A stretch of 64,000 bases of DNA from positions 7,192,001 through 7,256,000 of the forward strand of contig JBHGNT010000011.1 in NCBI GenBank assembly GCA_043228905.1, in the 5' to 3' direction. The position numbers and the translations under genes were made by a program. Below, one piece after another: positions 51,968 through 62,493 of this stretch. The first letter of the stretch is position 1. The number at the start of each line of letters is the position of its first letter. The notes below the pieces were generated by a model. That model saw nothing but the letters and a program-made list of their open reading frames with translations. It searched no databases and was not told the origin of the DNA. The stretch comes from Azolla caroliniana (Eukaryota > Plantae > Polypodiophyta).

Positions 51968-54900
51968 ATGTCTTCCAAGAGAATCGAGCGCGAGGACTCC
52001 AGGTAGGCCTCTGACACTGTGGACATTTTTGTAAATATGTTTCGTTTCCCAAGAACTCGATACGGCGTATCGAGTTCATGTATACAATACAAATATTTAC
52101 ACACGAACTCGATACGCCGTATCGAGTTCGTGTTTAAAACCTACACTTTAAACACGAACTGGATACGCCGGCGTATCGAGTTCGTGTTTAAAGTTTGAAT
52201 TTTAAACACGAACTCGTTACGGCGTATCGAGTTCGTGTTTAAAACCTACACTTTAAACACGAACTCGATACGCCGTATCGAGTTCGTGTTTAAAGTGTAG
52301 GTTTTAAAAGAGAACTCGATACGGCGTACCGAGTCCCTGTATATAAGAAGGCTTTGAGAGTGAAAAATCGTTTATGGGGTGGAAATGATATCAAATTGTC
52401 TGGCAAAATCAGTCTTTTTTATGTTGACTTTACTTACTTTTAAAGAAATACATGCTCAAATTATAGGTGTTTTATGACCTACTTTAGCTTAAAATAGTAG
52501 AAAATGATCTACAAATTGCCTTCACTATGGCAAATTCTCCTCAATATAGGTTTAGAATCTATATAAGTCATACCTACTATTTAAAAGAATATATAACCCG
52601 TTTTACTTATTACGATATATATTTTCTAGGTTGAATAGCCCTGCCTATAATAGATTTTTGAATATGTTACTGCTCCTAGAAACTGTTCTTCATTATAATA
52701 TACAACTTCAATCTACGTGACTGTCTAACTTATGTTTTTGCATATACTTTCTTAAATAGGTCGTTTGAGAACCTGTCGGACCGACCCGTGAAGAAAATTA
52801 AGCTTCGCATACAAGGTTCTCCAATCGAAGCCCAGACCAAGGTAACTCCTGAGACCATGAAGAGAGGAAAAAAGCTTCTCTTTAACGAAGAGACAAAATC
52901 TCAGCCACATAGTGATGTAAGCCAAAAGAAACTTGTCGCCGCTACTGGAGGCGAAGACCTTCCTGACCGAGATCTAACGGACAAGGAATGGTGTATGCAA
53001 TATGTCGACTCAAAGAAAAAAGTCGTATTGTATACAGCAAAGAAGAAGGGTGAGGGGCCGTATTCTACGATTTGACTACGAAGATGCAGATTCGGCCAAC
53101 ATACTGGTAATGATAGAGTGCTCTAAGGGGGTACGTAAAGTGTTCCTTTCAGAAGACCTTTTAGTAAAGGAATCTTGTGGGCCTGAAGTGTTCAAAAAAG
53201 CACTTGATAACTCACAAAACCTGATTGTTACCTTGAGGCCTTATATACAAGGCCATGTAACTCTAAGAGATGAAGAGCCCTCCCACTTGAAGGCCACAAA
53301 AAAGGTATCCAAAGTCCAGTCAAGACCAGCCAAGAAGAAGACAACGAAAATGTCGGATACGGATTCAACAAGTGAAAATGAAGAAGAGGATAATAAGGGG
53401 ACGCCAGGAGCCGAGCTGGCCTCGGGTGTCTTGTCATCCGAGCAGAATAAAATAAGGAGAGAGTTAATGCAACGGAAGCTGGTCAGGAAAGGGCAAGTAT
53501 TTAATTTGCCTATAACACACATCCATCGGCCCCCTATTGATGAAAAAACAGGTCGAAGACCACTTGAGATTAGAGAGCCTCATCGCATGCATGTTCAAAA
53601 TCTCAAGAAAAAAATGAAAATTAATCCTCATGCCACAGTGGTGCCTTTTATTGTTATGGTGGATCCTGAAGAATGTGAAACCATTGAAGATTTTGATATC
53701 AGAAAGCATGATCAATATAATTATTTTGTCATTGGTGGATCGCATTCATCAGAGGCACGTCGGCAACTTGTGAGAGAACATCCAACCACTTTCTTCTTCA
53801 AGTATGCCGAGTGCAAAATTTATGTTGGGCTCACAACCGAAGAGGCTAAGCTGTTGGCATGGGACCATAATAATGATAATGACTATAGGTAGAAAATGTC
53901 GTCTATTGAGCGTATACGGTTCTTCCACCACGAGTATTTAGATGTGAAACAAAAGTTTGGTGTGAAGTTACATCCAGGCCTTCGACGTCAATGTCTGCAT
54001 GAAGTCGGCATTGTGGTAGATGATAATGTTAGGTCCGATGGTCTTCGAAAGTATGAGTCTTGGTTTCAATTGGCGTTTAGAGATGGAGAAGTATGGGACC
54101 TCCAAGATCAAATATTCTCAATGTGGGAGAATAAGGAGGTAAAGGGTCAACGACAAAAGAAATGTAGGGTTGACCCTCAACTAGAATTAAAGTCACAAGC
54201 CGCCAAGAAAATTGACTTGACAATTGAAGAAGCGGCAGACGACATGAAGCTGTCTCTATGGAGAGCGATGCAAGGTATTAAGGATGAGCAGCTTCTTGTG
54301 TCGGTTTTGTCAAGGGTTGTGGCGAAAGATTTAAGCCTTGAAGAAATGGTCACTGAGTTCAATAAGTAAGTCTTTCAAATACTGAAATTGTAGTCTATCT
54401 GGTGTAATTCAAAGTTCTAATCTTGATTTCTAATTTTACAGTCATAAGGTGTACATGAAGATCCAAGAAGTAATGATGAAACAACTTGGATGTATAACTT
54501 GGGAACAAGTGACCGAGGATTATCCTCTAACGTCTTCGTATAAGGCGTTATCAGAGTATTTTATTGCATTCAAGGATTGGGTTAGTATTGATGTTTTTTC
54601 ATTACCCTTTCATCATATGTAGAGCTTGTATAATAATACCTGATGTCCTATTGCTTCTATTAGAAACCGTGTCGAGGCAAGAAACAAGGAGAAGTTAAGG
54701 ATATACACGATTTCCCTACATCCTTCCTTGCACATCTCGAGCGAGCCAGAAAAGAAAAGGATCGTCGCTTAGTCAAGGCGTACGAAATGGAGGAAGATGG
54801 CTCATTTAAAAAATTTAGCCACAAAAAAGATATTACGAGAGATCTTTACTACAATGTGGTTTGCGGTGATGTCATCGACTTGATCCAGAAGGTGCCAAAG

Positions 54901-55952
54901 AAGGAATATACGCTAATGATTGCGGATATTCCTTACGGATTTCGAATGGCTGGGTCATCATACGACGATGAACCGTTTAGGTTTAAACAATTGGAGAAGA
55001 TGGTCAAGGATTTCGCTGAGCTAACGACCGCATCCTTGTGGCGAATAGTTGTCTTTCATAGTATGGACCAAGGGTACTCGGTAGCTCAAGCTTTGAGATC
55101 TCGTTGCCATGGCATCGAGAACCTTGCATGGTAAGGATTATTTATAGGTGTCTTTCATTATATTGCAATTCTTAAGGTTGTTGAATCTATTCTTAACTCG
55201 ATGAATTATTTTTTATAGGATCAAGACCAATGTAAATAGAGGGCCAACTTTTCGGTTCGTTAATGCCATTGAATACATAACGGTTGGCTACTTCGATGAA
55301 ATTAAAAAACAGAGAATCAAAGAGCATTCTAATGAAGTGGGAGGTTCAAATCTGTTGGTATATCCAGTAGTGACTCGGAAATTGCGACATGTCACCACGA
55401 CAGAACGGGGACTTGTCAACCCATACCAAAAACCTCAACGACTTATGATGCGCTTGATCGAGATGTTTTCTGTCGAAGGAGACTGGATATTAGATCTCTT
55501 TTCTGGCACAGGTATTCCTCGAACTAGGGTAACGATCTTGAGATAACCAATCACTTTTTTTCGTTTGACAACTAAATCTTCTTGTTACTTACATCATAGG
55601 AACTACGTCAGCATGTGCATTGAAGCTGTTTAGAAATACAGTTGCATTGGAGAAGGACGAGGACCAAGTTATATTTATTAATATGCGGATTAAGGCTTTG
55701 TGGGAGTGCCCAGACCAGGATGAGGAGGTCGGTGCAAAGAACCTCGCCAATACAGAAAGGTTTCAACCTGCTTCGCGAGAGCCTATTCCTCCGTTAGCCG
55801 GCGAACCGGGGGAGCTAATAGAGCTTGATGATGAGCTTATAGAAGATATTTCGTTGGCTCGGCTAACAGGGGAAACCAATGCACGTATAGCCGAAGACAG
55901 TTCTACACAAGATGATGAAGAAAATGACGTTGATGAATTGATTGCTATGTAA
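51968..55952 (+). pseudogene. Six-exon gene: ParB/Srx-like domain plus beta-class N6A/N4C DNA methyltransferase (~963 aa if repaired; one +1 frameshift, one premature stop)
   Basis: Exons 51968-52002, 52760-54365, 54442-54580, 54664-55130, 55219-55511 and 55600-55952; all introns GT-AG and phase-compatible; motif IV IADIPYG precedes NPYQKP..L...LI..FS.EGDWILDLFSGTGTT..AL.L.RNTVALEKD (motifs X, I, II). Confidence 0.88.
52053..52336. repeat. Array of six palindromes in intron 1 of the cargo gene
   Basis: Core GAACTCGATACG(G/C)CGTATCGAGTTC at 52053, 52105, 52156, 52210, 52261 and 52312, extended by TTTAAACAC...GTGTTTAAA; period 51-54 bp. Confidence 0.95.
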
Positions 55953-56963
55953 TAGACTCTATAAAGAATATGACACTGACGATTTGTTAAGATTTCACAT
56001 TATTAATACAAATTTTGGGTTTTACCAAGTGGATTCTATTCTTTATAATCATCTATATGTTTCAATTTTATTTTTATATACTTGATTAGTAGATTTATGA
56101 TATTGGTTTCACCGCGTGCATAGCTGACTACCAAACTTATGGAGAAACATGAACTAGCTTAAATGGAGGCTTATTTTGGTCCAAGCTAACCTTAACAGAA
56201 CATGGCCCTATAATTGTTGCCATGACTGTCCATGTTGTTATTATGGATCTTTGTCTTATATTGTTAAAACTATTATGTTTCTATTCCATTGCTGCTTAGA
56301 TTGTGTAGTGTGTTGATAATGGTTCCAGTTGCGTTATCGTTCAGAGTTTGATCTTGTGTGAATCACCTAAGCAATAGAGTAGATCAATTTTAAATACAGG
56401 TATGAAAGCCTAATAGGTTTGTTATTTCCACGACATTATCCTAAAGTTCACTGCCTTACATTGTGCACAATTATATACACATATGGTTTGATCCCATATG
56501 AACAAACTGAGGAATAGATTAGATCAACTTTTAATATAAGTATTGAATACTTTAATAAGTTAGTTATTCCAATCACTTATCCTAATGTGCACTATCCTAC
56601 ATTTTCGACAATTACATACATGCACGTATGGGTCAAAGTATAAATTATATCTCATTTTATTAGTATGGATACAAGTACACCTCATATTTTTGTAAAACCT
56701 ACCTAATTAATATAAGTCTTTAAGTTAGTGTTTCCCTTGTCGCACAATAGTGCCATATTGAGCCATAGTTGAACTTTATTTAGATACATTAACTTATCAA
56801 CATGTCTAAACTTGCATGATTTCTAATGATCTCCACTCGTAGATCTATCATGTATTTTTATATTTGCAAATTCTTATCAAGTTGAGGAACATGTGATACT
56901 AGTGCAGCCAATTATTGTAGAGAGGGTGTATTTTCTTCGTTTTAAGAAGATTCTACAAGTGGA

Positions 56964-56999
56964 ATGCGCAATCCTTCCACTTGTGAACGCGAACGTGTT
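56964..56999 (-). repeat. Right TIR
   Basis: ATGCGCAATCCTTCCACTTGTGAACGCGAACGTGTT; its reverse complement has 1 mismatch to the left TIR. Confidence 0.96.
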
Positions 57000-59900
57000 A
57001 AGATAAAGATGGGAGACCTTCTCATAGTCAAAGACCTGTATGAGCCCATCGACAACGCAGAAATACCCACGGGGGTACTAGAGTTTGAATGGAAACTTCT
57101 GAATAGATAGGCTGTGGCCTCCATCAGACAATATGTCGACGTGAGTGTCCTTCAGCATGTGGCAAATGTCACAAATGCCTTTGAGATGTGGTAGAAGCTA
57201 TCAGGTCTATGTGAGAGGAAGAACGCCCTCAACAAAACATCTTTGATGAGAAAGATTGTGAGGCTGTAATACAGGGATGGAGAACGCATAATCGAGCACA
57301 TAAGCACATTAATGGGGTATGTGAACCAACTTGCAGCAACCAAGTTTCCCCTTGAGGATGCAATGCATGCCATCCTACTACTCTGTACCCTACCAGACAA
57401 CTTGGAGAATCTGGTGGTGATTCTCAGTACTTCATGTCAAGAAGAGAACTTGCATCTTGAATGAGGAAACAAGTAGGAAGGACAAGGGTGTCCTGTCTCA
57501 GTCGAAGTCAAACCTGACTCAACAAACCGGGAAAGAAGTCCACAGAGAAGGGACAAGTCCTAAGCTAGATCCAAGTCTAGAGGTAAGCTGTCACACTTTT
57601 ATTGTGGAAAGCCTGGACACTTCCAGAAGGACTGTCGACACCTCAAGAAAGACAAAGGTGTCGGTAATAATGTTGAACCCAGGAAGATTCCTGATGAAAT
57701 GGGCACATCCAATGGAGCTATGAGTGCAAAGGAGATCATGTTCATTTGTGAGCAGGCAAGCACAAATCTTGCAAGTGAAGAGTGCACTTGGGTGATTGAC
57801 TCCGGTGCATCCTTCCATATCATTCTGGTAAGAGAGTGCTTCTCGACTTACATAATTGGGGACCATGGCTATGTAAAGATGGGAGATAATGGTGAGTACA
57901 ATATAGCCGGCATAGGAACTATAAGCCTGATGACGTGAACAAGTTGTTGACTGACTCTAAGGGAAGTTCGACATGTCCCTGATATCAGATTGAATCTGAT
58001 AGCAACTGGACGGTTGGATGACGAAGGCTACAGTGGTAGTTTTCGAAACGGCAAGTGGAAGTTCTGCCGAGGAAACCTCATTGTGGCCCAAGCACATAAA
58101 GATGGCACACTGTATATGATACATGCCTGACTGTGCAAGTCGGAAGTGAATGTGGCCATCGACTCGAGTGGAAAGTTATGGGATAAGAGACTAGGCCACA
58201 TGAGTGAAAAAGGAATGCATATCCTGGCTGACTAGGAACTTCTCTAAGAATTGAAAGGAGTACACTTGGAGAAGTGTGTCACCTGCTTAGTTGAAAAGCA
58301 TAACAGAGCAACATCCCACTTAAGACCACCGAGAAGAAGAGAGGTGCCGTTGGAACTAGTACACACGGATGTGTGCTATGTAGATTCTGTATCACATTGA
58401 GGTGGACAATACTTCGTGATGTTCATTGATGACTACAGTCGGAAGTTGTGGGCTTTCGTACTAAAGTCGAAAGATCAAGTACTGTCATTCTTTAAGGAGT
58501 TCCAAGAAAGAGCCGAAAGTGAGTCGGGTTGGAAGTTGAAGGTAGTTTGAACCGAAAATGGTGGCAAATATAAAGGGCAATTCGAAGAATACTGCAAGGC
58601 CCAAGGTATTCGAATCGAATACACAGTGCTGAAGACCCCTGAGTTGAACTGACTTGTAGAGAGGATGAATCGGACGATCATGGAGAGAGTAAGGAGCATG
58701 TTGTTGCATGCTAAACTGCCAAAATCATACTGGGCTGAGGCGATGTACACAACTGTTCATCTAATCAACAAGTCTCCCTCAGTTCCATTGAAAGGCGATG
58801 TACCACATAGGGTGTGGACAAGCAAGGATGTCTCCTACCGACACATGTCTGGTGTATATGCATGTGGCTAAGGATCAGAGGTCGAAGCTCGACAACAAGT
58901 CAAAACCATGCAAATTTATGGGATACTCGAAGGACGAGTTCGACTATAGGCCGTGGGACTTAGTCGATAAGAAAGTAGTGAGGAGTCAGGATGTAGTCTT
59001 CCTGGAAGACAAGATGATGGATGACTAGAAGCAATAGAAGTCGGGATCGACTTCCCAGTCAACTCCCACTACTACTAACTTAAGGCCAAGTTAATGGACA
59101 CAATCGGTTATTCGAAGACCTATTAAAGTCAATCGAAGAATACGAGTCAGAATCGGCTAAAACTCAACAACCGATCGACAGACATGAACCCGAGCTGAGA
59201 GAAGAGTCGGCAGAGACATCCGGACTGGAGTCGACAACGGGTGGAAGAAGATACACACTCAGAGAAAGAAGAGCACCGAGTATATATGCCAGTCAATACA
59301 TCCTCTTGACTGATGAAGGTGAACCGGAGTGCTATGAAGAGGTCATGAACGATGAGCACAAGGAGGAATGACTGAGTGCAATGCAAGACGAGATGAACTC
59401 CTTGCACAAAAATTATACTTACGACTTGGTGGAGCAACCAAAAGTTAAGAATGCACTCAGAAATAAATAGGTCTACAAGGTGAAGACTGGAGAAGTCGAT
59501 AGCGCACCCAGATATAACGCTCGCATTGTGGTGAATGGGTTTCAACAGAAAAAGGGTGTCAACTTTGACGAAATATTCACGCCAGTCATGAAGATGATAT
59601 CCATCCGAATTGTTCTGAGCATGGCTGCCAGATTGAGTATGGACTTGGAGATCGAACAGTTGGATGTGAAGACAACATTCTTGCATAGGGAGCTGGATGA
59701 AGAAATCTACATGTAGAAGCCCGACGCTTTGTAGAGAAAGGGAAAGAGAACCTTGTGTGTCGACTGAAGAAAAGCTTGTATGGATTGAAACAAGCTCCAC
59801 GTGAATGGTACAAGAAGTTCGAATCCTTCATGATGGAACATCGGTTCTACAAAACACATTGTGTGTTCGTCAAAAGGTACGATGAAGGTGACTTCTTGAT

Positions 59901-61012
59901 TCTCTTATTATATGTGGATGACATGTTGATTGTCGGACAAGACATGAAGAAGATCGTGAGCTTGAAGAAAGCACTAGGAAAATCATTTGCCATGAAAGAT
60001 CTTGGACTGGCCAAATAGATTTTGGGGATGCACATAGTTCAGGACAAAACTAAGAAAGTGTTGTGTTGTCACAAGAGAAATACGTGACAAAGATCTTGGA
60101 GAGGTTCAACATGTCGAAAGCAAATCCAGGTGGCTCCATGTTCCGGACCAACTGCAAGTTGAATGCTAAGCAATGCCTGAGAGGGGAGAAACAAAAGGTT
60201 GAGATGAGGAAAGTACCATATGCCTTAGCCGTTGATAGTTTAATGTATGCTATCATCTGCACAAGACCATGCATAACATTTGTTGTGGGGGTAGTAAGCT
60301 GATATATGAGTAATCTAGGAAGAGAACATTGGGCAACTTTTCAATGGATACTTAGGTACTTGAAAGGAACCTCGGGGGTATGCCTAAGGTATGGTGTCTG
60401 GAAAACAATGCTCAAAGGGTTTACTAGCTTGGACATGTTGGTGGATGTAGACCCAAGTTGATCAACTTCTGGGTACGTGACGACCTATGCCGAGGGGGCA
60501 GTGTCGTGGCAGTCACGACTTCAAAAATCCGTGGCCTTGTCGACCACAGAGGCAAAGTATATGGCAGCGGTAGAGGCCAACAAAGAGCTAATTTGGGTGA
60601 GAAACTTTCTCAGTGAGTTGGGAATGAAGCAAAGGGAGTTCTTGCTTCATTGTAACAGCCAAAGTGCTATACATCTAGCCAAGAACGTTGTGTACCACCC
60701 CATACCAAGCACATATAGAGAAGGTATCACTGGTTGCGAGAGAAAGTGGAAGAAGCACATATAGAGAAGGTATCATATATTGAGGACAATGGATCCAACA
60801 TGGTGACAAAGAACCTACCGATGGACAGACTCAGAGTTTGTTGAAAGAGGACAGGACATACCGACTCCACCCATAAGAGTGACGGGGGAGTTTGTTCCGA
60901 ATATTTCCATCCTATGTGAGGAGTCGACTGGTCGGATTGAGAGCCGATAGTCGAGGATAAGGAGTACCCGATTGGTCGGGCCGAGACCCGACAATCGAGG
61001 ATAAGGAGTAGC

Positions 61013-62326
61013 CAAAACATTGAGGTGCATTACCATTTTTCCCATGAGAGTGTCCTCTCCGGTGAAGTCAAATTGGTGTATGTTCCAACGGATCGGCAGG
61101 TGGTCGATATATTTACCAAACCCTTAGGTCTTGACAAGTTGTGGCAATTTTCAGGCATTCTTGGGTTGCAGCACCTTGATATGCCAAACTTGAGGCGGAG
61201 GAATAAAAGGAATGAAACGGGGAGAGATGGTCAAAACCTGTGCAAGCTGAAAAAGAAGATGTCCAAAAAGCCGAATCGGCTATCGAACTGGATTTCAGCC
61301 CGACTCAAGAAGTCAAAGTGTTCGGGTCGGTTGAAGAAGCCGAGGATGGATGGACACATGTAGGTAGGACAGACAAGTGGAGACTTGTCAGACGTAGGGG
61401 GTGTGACCACAAAGGGAAGTCAGAGCCGAAGACAACCGAAAAAGGGGGAGGCAAAGCCAAGAAGACCAAGACATGGCGTTGTTCAATGTCAGGAAGGATC
61501 TGAAGACGGAGGAAAAGTTGAAGATAACCAGCTCATACAAAGAAAAGAAGGAATCGGAGACAAACGATTCGGTCGAAAGTCGAAGTGAATTAGAAGCAGC
61601 CAATTCAATCAAAATGTTTGATTTGGCTCCAAATCGATTGGCCAAGCAGTCAAGAGCACAACGAAAGTCAACACCGACACGGAGGAGCCAACGGGTAGAG
61701 AAGCATTAGAATCGTGAAAGCGACGAAACTGACTTGAGCCAAAGGAGCTGACAAACCGACCGAGAAGGTCGAGGTGCACGGAATCGGATGGGTCGTGGGA
61801 AGAGGAACCAGACCAAATGAGGAGCGCGAGCCAGGCGAGAAGATGCTAGGAGCTGGAGAAGAGGACCGGCGGACACAAACACAATGATTCGACCTCAAGT
61901 TGAGCTTGAGTGGGAGTGTTGAGCAGACAAGCTCAACTGGATCCGGATCGGTATCCAAAAACCAAAGAACTGGATCGTACTCCGAAATAGTGTGAACCGG
62001 TAGGCCGTTAAAGGCTTATGGTCTGAGCCTAGTATGTAGGCATATTCCTTGGAGTTAGTGTAGAGGCTCATTTATGAGCATCCAAGTACTTATGGCACTT
62101 GTGTCAATCCGTGTAAGGACTTGTACAAAAGTGCTCTCTGAGCACATTCTATGTACAGAGTATTATTTTCGAAATCAAGTTTGGTTCTGCACCCTCTCTC
62201 TCTCTCTGTCTCTCTTATGTATGCATGTTAAGGTTTCCATTAAACCTTCATCTCTGTTTTCTATTGTTCCTTCGCTATCTACCTGAGCCAGTTTGTTTAC
62301 ACTTCCGCACGCTATCGTTTTCACCA
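61013..62326 (+). mobile_element. 3' end of another copia element (RNaseH tail, 3' region, PPT, LTR 61917-62326)
   Basis: KHIEVHYHF...VYVPTDRQVVDIFTKPLG; TTGAGTGGGAG|TGTTGAG; ends TCACCA. Confidence 0.8.
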
Positions 62327-62493
62327 TATATACGTTTATATGTTCCTTCATCTCCTAATCCCTCTTAAATTCTCGAGTTGTTTTCCTTAATTCGTAGCCA
62401 CCTTGTTTTCTATAATGTATTATAATTTACAATTCTCTCTAATCGGTTTGGTCAAGCCCTCATAATGTGTACGACTATCGTTCATCCCATACA

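Larger units (their letters stand above)
48007..56999. mobile_element. Sola-like cut-and-paste DNA transposon, 8,993 bp, with a transposase and a ParB-methyltransferase cargo gene
   Basis: 36-bp TIRs, 4-bp TSD AAGA (48003-48006, 57000-57003); excision restores the copia gag frame AAC TAG AAG ATA AAG ATG. Confidence 0.93.
47188..61012 (+). mobile_element. Ty1/copia element (degenerate) hosting the DNA transposon in gag
   Basis: 5' LTR 47188-47908, degenerate PBS 47912-47923, gag ...LNSQNYAN*K|IKMGDLL across the insertion, WVIDSGAS, INT, RT YVDDM, RNaseH, PPT, truncated 3' LTR from 60893. Confidence 0.9.

Noticed and set aside
52053-52336. CRISPR array
   Set aside because: Linkers are only about 8 bp beyond the extended palindrome and are reused, there are no cas genes, and the array lies in a spliceosomal intron.
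53060-53895. Programmed frameshift or stop readthrough in the cargo gene
   Set aside because: No slippery heptamer or recognisable readthrough context; simple mutation or assembly error is more parsimonious.
51968-55952. Bacterial contamination, restriction-modification operon or parABS locus
   Set aside because: Five phase-compatible GT-AG introns, a TATA promoter, insertion with a TSD into a plant copia element, and no endonuclease or ParA gene.
56371-56621. Degenerate duplication with ~140-bp period in the transposon's right arm
   Set aside because: Real but highly diverged and AT-rich, with no functional clue.
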